Notes under the pieces: generated by a model
Databases searched by the model: none
The model's input: the letters and a program-made list of their open reading frames with translations, nothing else
What the model was told of the DNA's origin: nothing
Program-made: the position numbers and the translations under genes
Shown here: positions 24,695 to 33,811 of the stretch, piece by piece
How positions within the stretch are numbered: the stretch's first letter is position 1
How the letters are laid out: each line of letters opens with the position of its first letter
Assembly (NCBI GenBank): GCA_044868125.1
Contig: JBIOWB010000143.1
Span: forward strand, 2,150-66,149
DNA from: Solirubrobacterales bacterium
GTDB lineage: Bacteria; Actinomycetota; Thermoleophilia; Solirubrobacterales; 70-9
DNA length: 64,000 nucleotides
Direction: 5' to 3'

Positions 24695-26598
24695 TGGAGA
24701 ACCTCCGCCAGTGCCGCGCCGGGAATCGCCGTCGGCTTTTCGGTCGGGTCGGAGACGATGATCACCCGACAGGGGCGCTCGCCGAGGATCGTCTGCAGGG
24801 TCTTGTCGTACTGCGGGATGCCGTTGCGGTAGCTGAGGCCCATGACGATCGCCTCCGCCTTGATCTCGGCCGCCTCCTCGGAGACGGAGTAGCCCGCCTG
24901 GCCCGGCCGCACGCGCGAAACGTGGCCGGTCACACGCTGGCCGCCGATCAGCTTCGCCTCCTCGATCTTGCGCTGCGCTTCGCCTTCCTGGTCGGCCATC
25001 TCGGCGCTCAGAGGCAGGTTCGTCGGCACCGTCATCATCGAGTGGACGTGGATGCCGCGGCGTTTCTTGCCGGCGAGCTTGACCGCGGTCGCGACCATCT
25101 CCGGCGAGAATTCTTCGTCGTCCTCGAAGGCGACCAGCACGCTTCGGTACTCGACCTCCTCCACCCCGAGCGGCTCCGGCAGCACCACCTTCACCGTCTG
25201 CGTCAGCGGCAGGCGCTGGTTGCGGCGGTAGAGGACGTAGACGGCGATGCCGAGCACCATCCAGCCGGTGCCGACGAAGAGCGTGCGCGGGTTCAGCGCC
25301 ATGACCACGATCCAGGCGGCGAAGGTGCCGAAGCCGCCGAGCACCGCCGTCACCGGCACCTCGAAGCCGAAGGCGTGGACGTTGCCGCGGGGTTTCCAGG
25401 TGCGCTCGCGGTCGGGGTGTTTGCGGCGCAGCTGGATCACCGCTATGTGGGCGATCGTGAACGAGAGCATCGCCCCGAACGAGTACATCGTCGCCAGGAA
25501 GTCGGTCTGGCCCGGCAGCAGGGTGACGATCGCGATCGCGCCGAAGATCAGGATCGCGATGTAGGGGGTGCGGTACTTGGGGTGGACCTGGCGCAGGCCC
25601 TCGGGCAGCTGGCGGTGCTGCCCCATCGAGTAGGTGAGGCGGGAGACGCCGATCAGGCCGGCGTTGGTGGCGATCAGCAGGATCACCGCCGCAAGGACGC
25701 CGACGTAGTAGCGGAGGACTTCGGTCGGGCCGTGCGCGAGGCCGAGGTTCTCGACGATGCCGAGGATCGGGTCGTCGGCGAACGTCGAGCCGAGCGCGGT
25801 CGTGTACTCGCCGCCGTGGTGAACCACCGGCATCGCCGAGAGGGCGACGATCGGGATCAGCAGGTAGAGCCCGAGCACGGCGGCGACGACGAGGCCGACG
25901 CTGTGGGGAATCGTGCGGGCGGCGTCTTTGGCCTCCTCGGCCATGTTGGAGATCGTCTCGATCCCGGTGTAGGCGATCATCCCGACCGCGATCCCGAGCG
26001 CGAAGTCGCTCCAGGTCGGGGCGACGCCGAGGTGAACGTTGTCGACCAGGATCGTCGGGCTGAGGACGAGGACGATGCCGATCCCGACCAGCACCACCTG
26101 GGTGGCGAGGTCGGCGATGGCGAGGATGAGGTTGAGTTTCGCCGACTCCTCGGTGCCGCGGATGTTGATCACCGCGAGGGCGACGATCAGGGCGGCGCCG
26201 CCGACGATGTCGCCGGGGCTGTCGCCGAGCCAGGGCCAGAAGACCGCTAGGTAATGGGGCACGAAGAAGGCCGAGATCGCGACCGTGATCGTGTAGTTGA
26301 GCATCTGCCCCCAGGCGGCGACGAAGCTGACCAGCTCGTTGAAGGCGTGGCGGGCGAAGCTGGAGGAGCCGCCGGCCTCCGGGAACATCACCGTCGCCTC
26401 GGCGTAGGTGGCGGCGGTGGCGGCGAAGATCAGGCCGGAGACGACGAAGGCGATCGGGGTGAGGCCGAGGGCGAAGGCGGCGGTCACGCCGAGGGCGTAA
26501 TAGATCGAGGAGCCGACGTTCCCGTAGGCGGCGGAAAAGAGGGCGCCGACGCCGTGGACGCGGCTCAGCGACTCGTCTCTGGGGATCCGCTGGGCCAA
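24691..26598 (-). CDS. APC-family permease fused to a C-terminal Usp domain (paralog)
   Basis: Same architecture as 22503-24506 (SAAYGNVGSSIYYALG..., C-terminal AEAIVMG...PCRVIIV). TTG start. Confidence 0.85.
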   Translation of the reverse strand: MAQRIPRDESLSRVHGVGALFSAAYGNVGSSIYYALGVTAAFALGLTPIAFVVSGLIFAATAATYAEATVMFPEAGGSSSFARHAFNELVSFVAAWGQMLNYTITVAISAFFVPHYLAVFWPWLGDSPGDIVGGAALIVALAVINIRGTEESAKLNLILAIADLATQVVLVGIGIVLVLSPTILVDNVHLGVAPTWSDFALGIAVGMIAYTGIETISNMAEEAKDAARTIPHSVGLVVAAVLGLYLLIPIVALSAMPVVHHGGEYTTALGSTFADDPILGIVENLGLAHGPTEVLRYYVGVLAAVILLIATNAGLIGVSRLTYSMGQHRQLPEGLRQVHPKYRTPYIAILIFGAIAIVTLLPGQTDFLATMYSFGAMLSFTIAHIAVIQLRRKHPDRERTWKPRGNVHAFGFEVPVTAVLGGFGTFAAWIVVMALNPRTLFVGTGWMVLGIAVYVLYRRNQRLPLTQTVKVVLPEPLGVEEVEYRSVLVAFEDDEEFSPEMVATAVKLAGKKRRGIHVHSMMTVPTNLPLSAEMADQEGEAQRKIEEAKLIGGQRVTGHVSRVRPGQAGYSVSEEAAEIKAEAIVMGLSYRNGIPQYDKTLQTILGERPCRVIIVSDPTEKPTAIPGAALAEVLQ

Positions 26599-26623
26599 TT
26601 CAGGTCGTGCTTGGAGAGGTCAC

Positions 26624-27793
26624 TCAGACCGAATATACGGACGCGACGGGCGCTCTCCGCACGTGCGCTCGTGAGAGTTGAGACACAGCCGTGCAGCCGC
26701 AGAGGCCGAGGGTCAGCTCGAGCTCCGCTCGGAGCAGCTCCAACACCTGGGCGACGCCCTCCCTGCCGGCAGCGGCGAGGCCCCAGAGGGCGGGTCGGCC
26801 GACGAGGACGGCCTCGGCGCCGAGGGCGAGCGCGGTGGCGACGTCGACGCCGCGGCGGATGCCGCCGTCGACGAGGAGCGTGCCGCGTCCCCTGACCGAG
26901 TCGGCGACCTCCGGCAGGGCGTCGGCGGTGGCGAGCGAGCGGTCGAGCTGGCGGCCGCCGTGGTTGGAGACGACGACGCCGGCGGCGCCGTGCTCGAGCG
27001 CCAGCTCGGCGTCCTCGGGGGTGACGACGCCCTTGACCAGGACCGGCACGCTGCACTCGGAGGCGAGGTCTTCGACGTCGGCCCAGGTGAGAGCGTGGTT
27101 CATCAGGGCGAAGGTGTCCTCGATCGAGAGCGACTTGTCGCCGCCGACGGCCGCGGTCAGGCTCGGCGTCCCCAGCTCCTTCGGCAGGGTGAAGCCGTTG
27201 CGGCGGTCGCGCTCGCGGTTGCCGCCGGGAGGCGCGTCGGCGGTGACGACGATCGCCTCGAAGCCGGCCTCGATCGCCTCCTCCATCAGCGCCCGGGTGA
27301 TGGCCTCGTCCTCGAAGGCGTAGAGCTGGAACCAGTGGCGGGCAGCGGGTGCGGCGGCGGCCACCTCGGCGGGACGGGTGTTCGAGAGCGTCGAGAGGCA
27401 CATCACGGTTCCAGCCTCGGCGGCTCCCGCGGCCATCCCGGCCTCGGCTTCCGGGTGGGCCATCCGCTGGTAGGCGACGGGTGCCACCAGCACCGGCATC
27501 GCCGCCGGCTTCCCCAGCACCTCGGTCGCGGTCGAGACCTCGCGCACGTCGTTCAGCACCCGCGGCCGCAACCGCCAGTGGCCCCAGGCCTCGACGTTCT
27601 CCCGCAGGGTGATCTCGTCGCCCGCCCCGCCGGCGAAGTAATCCAACGGTCCCCGCTCGAGCTTCGCCGCGGCCAACCGCTCGAAATCGGCGACGTTGAT
27701 CGGCTCGTGCTCCACGCGCGCGACCCTAGCGCCGGGACGCGCCCGGCGCTCAGCGGCGGCCGTGGTGTGGCTTGGGGATCTTGAAGCGAGCAA
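26624..27793 (-). CDS. FMN-dependent alpha-hydroxy acid oxidase/dehydrogenase (LldD / glycolate oxidase family)
   Basis: VKGV...SNHGGRQLD...DGGIRRG motifs. The true start is probably downstream of 27793, because the ORF overlaps the upstream gene's 3' end. Confidence 0.85.
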   Translation of the reverse strand: MLASRSPSHTTAAAERRARPGARVARVEHEPINVADFERLAAAKLERGPLDYFAGGAGDEITLRENVEAWGHWRLRPRVLNDVREVSTATEVLGKPAAMPVLVAPVAYQRMAHPEAEAGMAAGAAEAGTVMCLSTLSNTRPAEVAAAAPAARHWFQLYAFEDEAITRALMEEAIEAGFEAIVVTADAPPGGNRERDRRNGFTLPKELGTPSLTAAVGGDKSLSIEDTFALMNHALTWADVEDLASECSVPVLVKGVVTPEDAELALEHGAAGVVVSNHGGRQLDRSLATADALPEVADSVRGRGTLLVDGGIRRGVDVATALALGAEAVLVGRPALWGLAAAGREGVAQVLELLRAELELTLGLCGCTAVSQLSRAHVRRAPVASVYSV

Positions 27794-29030
27794 CGGCGGG
27801 TGAGCCGTCGACGTTCCCGGCCGCGTCCACGGCTATGGCCCGGAAGGTGTGCCCGCCAGGCTTCAGGTGCTTGTAGGTCCGGGGCGATCCGCAGGGCTTG
27901 AAGTCCCCTTTGTCGAGACGGCAGAGGAATCCCTGCGTCGTCTCTGAGGCGGAAAACCAGAATTTCGCGGTGCGGGTGGCGATGCGGAGCTGGCTCTTTT
28001 CGATCTTGGTTTCCGGAGCGGTGGTGTCGGGAGGGCGCGGAACCGATTCGAACGGGTTTGGGGTTTCGGTGTCTCTTGCCGGCAGGGTCATCGAGACGTT
28101 GATGCTGAACGAGACCTGTTCCGCTTCGCCGCCGCTTTCGTCGAATACGCCGTCGACGGCGATCATGTACGTCTGGCCGGCGACCACTTGCGCCTGTTTT
28201 TCCGGCCAGATTTCGTTGTTGAACGGCACCCGGGCCAGAGCGTCGACCGAGCTGCCCTGATAGAGGCCGACGATGGCGCCAGCGAAGCAGCAGGCGCTGA
28301 GGTGCACGAGGCCGGTTTCTGGCGCCGCCCACTCGTACCAGACCGAAGCTCCCCCGGGGTCGCCTTCGTGTTCGGGCTCGCCGATCTCCTTGGAGGCGCC
28401 CCAGTTGTAGCCCAGCAGGCGCGCGAAGTAGAAGGGTTCTTGGCCGGGTTCGAATTCAAAGGTTTGGCCGGCGACGGTGAGGTCCGCCGCGTCGGCGAAG
28501 TCGTCGTTGGGCGGCGGCGGGGTCGTTTCGATTCGCAGCACCGCTTCGCCTTCGGTGACCGGCGGCGGCGCTTCGGGAAGGCTGAAGGCGTTCCCGTCCA
28601 CCCCGATCACGTATTTCGTCCCACTCACGGCCTTGAACGTGTACTCGCGTTCGTTGAAGCAGTGCGGCCCCTGGGCGCTGTTCCCGCTCGCCACCTTGGT
28701 CAGGTTGCTGAGTTCCGTGCCTTTGAAGACCCCGATAACCGCCGGGAAATTGCTCCCGCAGGCTCCGATCGTCACCCATTCCGTCGCTTCCGCTTCCCAT
28801 TCGAACCAGATCGAATGATGCGCCGCGAAGGGAGAGACGTCCTCCCCCGTCTCCGCTTCCGCTTCCACGTTCGACCGCGTGACTTCGATCGGCAGGCCCC
28901 CGGGAAACCCCGCTGGCAACGTCTCCCGGTTTTCGAAATCGTCGTTCGTCGGCGCTGCCGCGAGCGCCTCGGTCGGCACCAGGCACGAGACCAGCGCCAG
29001 CGCCAGCGTAATCTTCATCCCCCACCTCAT
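27750..29030 (-). CDS. secreted protein: two NDDF-initiated beta-sandwich repeats plus a C-terminal Ig-like domain
   Basis: MRWGMKITLALALVSCLVPTEALA signal. Repeats start TNDDFENRETL and PNDDFADAADL and end Y.I.VDG. C-terminal FWFSASE...FLCRLDKGDFKPCGSP...GGHTFRAIAVDAAGN. Confidence 0.65.
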   Translation of the reverse strand: MRWGMKITLALALVSCLVPTEALAAAPTNDDFENRETLPAGFPGGLPIEVTRSNVEAEAETGEDVSPFAAHHSIWFEWEAEATEWVTIGACGSNFPAVIGVFKGTELSNLTKVASGNSAQGPHCFNEREYTFKAVSGTKYVIGVDGNAFSLPEAPPPVTEGEAVLRIETTPPPPNDDFADAADLTVAGQTFEFEPGQEPFYFARLLGYNWGASKEIGEPEHEGDPGGASVWYEWAAPETGLVHLSACCFAGAIVGLYQGSSVDALARVPFNNEIWPEKQAQVVAGQTYMIAVDGVFDESGGEAEQVSFSINVSMTLPARDTETPNPFESVPRPPDTTAPETKIEKSQLRIATRTAKFWFSASETTQGFLCRLDKGDFKPCGSPRTYKHLKPGGHTFRAIAVDAAGNVDGSPAVARFKIPKPHHGRR

Positions 29031-29038
29031 CGGCGCTG

Positions 29039-29044
29039 AGCCTA
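29039..29044 (-). promoter_or_regulatory. candidate -10 box TAGGCT, 8 nt upstream of ATG 29030
   Basis: Minus strand reads cctgTAGGCTcagcgccgATG. Confidence 0.3.
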
Positions 29045-29140
29045 CAGGCGATCGGGCTCGGGGCCGCAGCAGCGACGGCCTGAATTGCCACAAACCACGC
29101 GCCACACGTGTGTGGGTGCGGGTCAGGCCCCGGGAGTTGT

Positions 29141-29191
29141 CCGCGAGTCCGCGAAATTACGTGCAGTACAAGCCTTTTCGCGGACTCGCGG
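29141..29191. terminator. perfect 16-bp inverted repeat with 19-nt loop (X module)
   Basis: CCGCGAGTCCGCGAAA (29141-29156) and TTTCGCGGACTCGCGG (29176-29191). Confidence 0.6.
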
Positions 29192-29259
29192 GGACGAAAG
29201 GCGATCGCGGTGGATCTCAGAGCCCTCTTGAGGCCACCTTCCCCAGCCTCCCTGCCTGC

Positions 29260-29344
29260 CCCTGATTTTCGCAGTGCCCGTCAGCGAAAGATGGAGCGTC
29301 AACGGCGAAAATCACAGGGCGGGAGAGGGGCACCCACCCCTCCC
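29260..29344 (-). repeat. structured 3' element 'Y' (copy B), downstream of hppA
   Basis: Helix 29260-29272 / 29305-29319 with a 2-nt bulge. Terminal hairpin 29321-29344 has a G-U pair only when read on the minus strand. Homologous to 18837-18921. Confidence 0.6.
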
Positions 29345-29355
29345 CCGCCCAGGTC

Positions 29356-31437
29356 CTAGAAGTGGACGATCGGGATGATGAGGATGGCGACGATGTTCGC
29401 CACCTTGATCATCGGGTTGATCGCCGGGCCGGCCGTGTCCTTGTAGGGGTCGCCGACCGTGTCGCCGGTCACCGAGGCGGCGTGGGCCTCGGAGCCCTTG
29501 CCGCCGTGGGCGCCGTCCTCGATCAGCTTCTTCGCGTTGTCCCAGGCGCCGCCGCCGGCGGTCATCGAGATCGCCATGAAGAGGCCGACCACGATCACCC
29601 CGATCAGCAGGCCGCCGAGCGCGTCGACGCTGAGCAGGCCGACGATCACCGGCACGACGATCGGGATCAGAGCCGGCAGAATCATCTCTTTCTGCGCCGC
29701 CAGGGTGACGATGCTGACCGTGTGCCCGTACTCGGGTTTTTCGGTCCCCTCCATGATCCCGGGGTGGTCTTCGAACTGTTTGCGCACCTGTTCGACCACC
29801 TGTCCGCCGGCACGGCCGACAGCCTCGATCGCCAGGGCAGAGAACAGGTAGACCATCATCCCGCCGATGATCAGCCCGATCAGGACGTCCGGGCTGGTCA
29901 GGTGGAAGAGACCGTTGAGGTCGAACCCAGAGGGCGCCTCTTCGGCCAATTCGCTGCGGAAGGCGGCGAACAGCACCAGCGCCGCGAGGGCGGCGGAACC
30001 GATCGCGTAACCCTTGGTCACGGCCTTGGTCGTGTTGCCGACCGCGTCGAGCGGGTCGGTGACGTTGCGGACGTCCTCGGGCAGCTCCGCCATCTCGGCG
30101 ATGCCGCCGGCGTTGTCGGTGATCGGCCCGAAGGCGTCGAGGGCGACGATCAGGCCGCAGAGCGAGAGCTGGGCGACGACGGCGATGCCGATGCCGTAGA
30201 TGCCCGCCAGCTCGTTGGCGCCGAGGATCGCCAGGGCGATGACGAGCGCCGGAGCGGCGGTCGACTGGAAGCCCTGGGCCAGCCCCTGGATGATGTTCGT
30301 CGCGTGCCCGGTCTCCGAGGCCTGGGCGATCGTCCTCACCGGCCGGAACCGGGTCGACGTATAAAATTCGGTGATCGCGAACAGCAGCGCGGTGACGGCG
30401 ACGCCGATCACCGCGCAGAGCCATAGGTCGGTGACGCTGACGGCCTTGGCGGCGGTGTCGGCGATGCCGAGTCGCACCGGGTCGCTCATCAGCCAGTCGG
30501 TGATCGGGTAGAAGGCCGCGACCGAGAGGATGCCGGAGATCAGCAGGCCGGTGTAGAGCGCGCCCTCGACCCTGTCGGTTTTGGTCCGCACGCAGAGCGC
30601 CCCGATGATCGAGGCGACGATCGCCACGCCACCCAGGACCAGCGGGTAGATCGCGACCTCGCGGGCGAATTCGCCGGTGAAGGTGAGGACGCCGAGCAGC
30701 ATCACCGCCACCGTCGTGACCGCGTAGGTCTCAAACAGGTCGGCGGCCATGCCGGCGCAGTCGCCGACGTTGTCGCCGACGTTGTCGGCGATCACGGCCG
30801 GGTTGCGGGGGTCGTCCTCGGGGATCCCCGCCTCGACCTTGCCGACCAAGTCGGCGCCGACGTCGGCGGCCTTGGTGAAGATGCCGCCGCCGAGACGGGC
30901 GAAGACCGAGATCAGCGAGCCACCGAAGCCGAGGCCGATCAGCGCGTCGACCGCCTCCTTGTCGCTCGAGCCGGTGATGACCAGGACTCCGTAGTAGCCG
31001 GCGACGCCGAGCAGCGCCAGGCCGACCACCAGAAGACCGGTGACCGAGCCGCCTTTGAAGGCGACGTCGAGCGCCGGCGGCACGCCGCCGCGGGCGGCCT
31101 CGGCGACGCGGGCGTTGGCCCGCACCGAGACGTTCATCCCGATGAAGCCGGTCGCGCCCGAGAGCGTGGCGCCGATGATGAAGCCGATCGCGGTCTTGTA
31201 GTCCTGCAGAAGCAGCAGCAGAATCGCAATCGGCACCGCGACCGCGGCAATGATCGTGTACTGGCGGTTCAGGTAGGCCTGAGCGCCTTCCTGGACGGCG
31301 CCAGAGATTTCGCGCATGCGGTCGTTGCCCGGCGATTTCGACAGCAGGCGCTGGGTGACGATAAGTCCGTAGATGACGGCGGCGCCTGCGCAGACGAGCG
31401 CGACGACCACGCCGTATTCGGTCAGAAAGTCGGTCAA
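29356..31437 (-). CDS. hppA: membrane-bound proton-translocating pyrophosphatase
   Basis: 693 aa, about 16 TM. Motifs [37 protein letters not shown] and [21 protein letters not shown] start with GGAGG 9 nt upstream. Confidence 0.9.
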   Translation of the reverse strand: MTDFLTEYGVVVALVCAGAAVIYGLIVTQRLLSKSPGNDRMREISGAVQEGAQAYLNRQYTIIAAVAVPIAILLLLLQDYKTAIGFIIGATLSGATGFIGMNVSVRANARVAEAARGGVPPALDVAFKGGSVTGLLVVGLALLGVAGYYGVLVITGSSDKEAVDALIGLGFGGSLISVFARLGGGIFTKAADVGADLVGKVEAGIPEDDPRNPAVIADNVGDNVGDCAGMAADLFETYAVTTVAVMLLGVLTFTGEFAREVAIYPLVLGGVAIVASIIGALCVRTKTDRVEGALYTGLLISGILSVAAFYPITDWLMSDPVRLGIADTAAKAVSVTDLWLCAVIGVAVTALLFAITEFYTSTRFRPVRTIAQASETGHATNIIQGLAQGFQSTAAPALVIALAILGANELAGIYGIGIAVVAQLSLCGLIVALDAFGPITDNAGGIAEMAELPEDVRNVTDPLDAVGNTTKAVTKGYAIGSAALAALVLFAAFRSELAEEAPSGFDLNGLFHLTSPDVLIGLIIGGMMVYLFSALAIEAVGRAGGQVVEQVRKQFEDHPGIMEGTEKPEYGHTVSIVTLAAQKEMILPALIPIVVPVIVGLLSVDALGGLLIGVIVVGLFMAISMTAGGGAWDNAKKLIEDGAHGGKGSEAHAASVTGDTVGDPYKDTAGPAINPMIKVANIVAILIIPIVHF

Positions 31438-31471
31438 GTTCCTATTCCTCCGGTGGATTTAGCGGCGCGGG

Positions 31472-31477
31472 AGTCTA
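31472..31477 (-). promoter_or_regulatory. candidate -10 box TAGACT for hppA (short leader with SD)
   Basis: Minus strand reads cTATAGACTcc, about 35 nt upstream of TTG 31437. Confidence 0.3.
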
Positions 31478-31715
31478 TAGACGAAGGCGGCGGCAGCGCT
31501 GAGACGGGCTCTTTGCCCGCTTTTGGAGGCTGGTTACCCGCTTCTTGGCACTCGGTTACGCCGACTGCCAGTGGCCTGAGTCGGTAGTCGTGTGCCGCAT
31601 CTGGCGAGTGACTCGTCGTTCGCAGCAAGGACGCAGGATGCAGCCTTTGCTGGTTGCAAAGGCGAATCCGAGGACGCCGCTGGGGGCGGCGAGGCGCCGC
31701 CAGGGCGGTGCAGGG

Positions 31716-32888
31716 CTACCGAGTCAGGCCACCAGCGTGCTCGGCGCCGGAGTAGGTGCGCCGCGTCTCCGCCACCGCGTCGCGGTATATGTCCTCGATC
31801 GAGACGCCGTTGTCGAGCGCCTCGCGGGCCCGCTCGGCCCCGTTGCGCTCGGGCAGCCATATGTCGAGCCCCAGTTGCGTCCGCGCCGGCTCGGTCCAGA
31901 CCAGCACCTGCTCGAGCAGCGAGCGCGTCGGCACCTCCTCGCCACCGCGGCGGAAGTCGATCATCCGCCCGCCGGCGCCGTAGCGGATCGCCCGCCAGAG
32001 GTTCTCCTCGATCTCACGATCGGCCAACGGCGCGCTCTTGCCCTCGTAGCCGTGCTCGTCGTAGTCGAGCGCGGTCTGGGCGATGCAGGCGGCGATCAGC
32101 GCCGCCAGCGCGAACGACTCGTCCCCCCGGGTCTGCGCGTCGCAGATCCGCACCTCGACCGTGCCGAAGCTGTGGTGCGGCCGCACGCTCCACCACAGCT
32201 GCGTCGACTCGATCACCGAGCCCGCCCGCTGCAGGGTCTCGATGAACCGCGCATAACGGTCCCAGTCGAGGAAGGGCGAGGGCACCCCGCAGCGCGGGAA
32301 GGTGCGGGTGAAGATCTCGCTGCGGACGCTGTGCAGGCCGCTGTCGCGGCGGTCGAGGAAGGGCGAGTTGGCCGAGACCGCCAGCAATAGCGGCAGCAGC
32401 TCACGCAGCCGGTCGCAGACCGCGATCGCCCGGTCGGCCCCCCGCACCCCCATGTGCAGATGCAGGCTCCAGGTGTTGTTGCGCTGCGCCACCCAGCCCA
32501 GTTCCCGGCGCAACCGGTTGTAGTGCGGGGTGTCGATGATCCGCTGCTCGAGATAGTCGGCCCACGGGTGCGTCCCCATCGCCCCCAGCGTCAGGCCCAT
32601 CCCGCCGACCAGGTCGAACAGCCGCGCCCGCCGCTCGCGCTGACGCTCGACCGCCTCGCCAAAGGTCTCCGAGCGCCCCGAGCGGATCTCGACCTCGGAG
32701 GCGATCAGCTCCCCCGCCGCCGACTCCGCCAGCACCTCGTCCTGCCGGCAGGCCGCCATCACGTCCTCGAAGCGGTGCTCCAGCTCCAGCGTCCGCGGGT
32801 CGAGGATCGCGAACTCCTCCTCGAGGCCGATCGTGAAGTCCTGCGAGGACTCGAACTTCTCGCGGGCGAGATCGAGGTCGATGGCCAA
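31716..32888 (-). CDS. ybdK: carboxylate-amine ligase, glutamate--cysteine ligase family 2 (YbdK-type)
   Basis: FTIGLEEEFAILD N-terminal motif, HLHMGV, and length 390 aa. Confidence 0.8.
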   Translation of the reverse strand: MAIDLDLAREKFESSQDFTIGLEEEFAILDPRTLELEHRFEDVMAACRQDEVLAESAAGELIASEVEIRSGRSETFGEAVERQRERRARLFDLVGGMGLTLGAMGTHPWADYLEQRIIDTPHYNRLRRELGWVAQRNNTWSLHLHMGVRGADRAIAVCDRLRELLPLLLAVSANSPFLDRRDSGLHSVRSEIFTRTFPRCGVPSPFLDWDRYARFIETLQRAGSVIESTQLWWSVRPHHSFGTVEVRICDAQTRGDESFALAALIAACIAQTALDYDEHGYEGKSAPLADREIEENLWRAIRYGAGGRMIDFRRGGEEVPTRSLLEQVLVWTEPARTQLGLDIWLPERNGAERAREALDNGVSIEDIYRDAVAETRRTYSGAEHAGGLTR

Positions 32889-32897
32889 GATCGGGAG

Positions 32898-33563
32898 CTA
32901 GGCGAGGTAGAAGTAGAGCGCGTAGAGCAGGTCGACGGCGGGACTGGAGGTGTGGACCGTCACCTCCGGCGGCACCTGCAGCAGCTGCTCGGAGTAGTTG
33001 AAGATGATCTTGACGCCGGCCTTGACCAGCCGGTCGGCGACGTCCTGGGCCGCGTCGGCCGGCACCGCCAGCACCCCGACGACGATCTCCTCCTCGGCGA
33101 CGACGTCGGGCAGGTCGCCGATGTCGCGCACGCTGAGCTCGCCGATCCCCTTGCCGACGACGGTCGGGTCGGTATCGAAGATCGCCACCACCTGGAAGCC
33201 GTGGTCGGCGAAGATCGGCGATTTGGCGATCGCCTGGCCGAGGTTGCCGGCCCCGAAGAGGGCGATGTTGTGCTGGCCAGAGGTGCGGAGGATCTTGCGG
33301 ATCTCCGAGACCAGCGAGTCGACGTTGTAGCCGACGCCGCGCTTGCCGAACTTGCCGAAGCCGGAGAGGTCGCGCCGGATCTGGGTCGGGTTGATGTGGG
33401 TGTACTCGGAGAGCTCTTGCGAGGAGATCGTCTCCCGCCCCATCTTCCTCGCCTGCGTCAGCACCTGCAGGTAGCGGGAGAGCCGCGCCGCAACGCCGAG
33501 CGAGAGCCGCTCGCCTTCGACGAACGCCCCGGCGGCGTCGAACTCCTCGATCACCTCGACCAT
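32898..33563 (-). CDS. rex: redox-sensing transcriptional repressor Rex
   Basis: RLSRYLQVL, ISSQELSEYTHINPTQIRRDLSGFGKFGKRGVGY, and Rossmann ALFGAGNLGQA. Confidence 0.9.
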   Translation of the reverse strand: MVEVIEEFDAAGAFVEGERLSLGVAARLSRYLQVLTQARKMGRETISSQELSEYTHINPTQIRRDLSGFGKFGKRGVGYNVDSLVSEIRKILRTSGQHNIALFGAGNLGQAIAKSPIFADHGFQVVAIFDTDPTVVGKGIGELSVRDIGDLPDVVAEEEIVVGVLAVPADAAQDVADRLVKAGVKIIFNYSEQLLQVPPEVTVHTSSPAVDLLYALYFYLA

Positions 33564-33808
33564 GCCCCCACAGTATCGAGCCTCGCTTTCACCGCGGCGT
33601 CGTCCAGGATCAGCTCCGAGACCTCGACCCCGTCCACCTCGACCACCGGGATCCGCTCGAGGTAGCGCCGCAGCAGCAGGTCGTGGCTCTCGACGTCGAT
33701 CTCGCGCAGCTCGAAGCGGTAGCCCTCGTCGTGGAAGGCGACGATCCGCTCGATCGCCTCCTCGCAGAGATGGCAGCCCGGACGGGAGTAGACGACGACC
33801 TCGGCCAC
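33551..33808 (-). CDS. glutaredoxin-like small thioredoxin-fold protein
   Basis: VVVYSRPGCHLCEEA CxxC motif and IPVVEVDG. 85 aa. GTG start. Confidence 0.75.
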   Translation of the reverse strand: MAEVVVYSRPGCHLCEEAIERIVAFHDEGYRFELREIDVESHDLLLRRYLERIPVVEVDGVEVSELILDDAAVKARLDTVGAWSR

Positions 33809-33811
33809 GTT

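Noticed and set aside
31478-31715. The long (278 nt) hairpin-rich spacer upstream of hppA, considered as a possible riboswitch or leader.
   Set aside because: A TAGACT -10 and a GGAGG SD lie within 40 nt of the TTG start, so the leader is probably short. The remaining hairpins are more simply ybdK terminator structures. No known riboswitch core was recognised.
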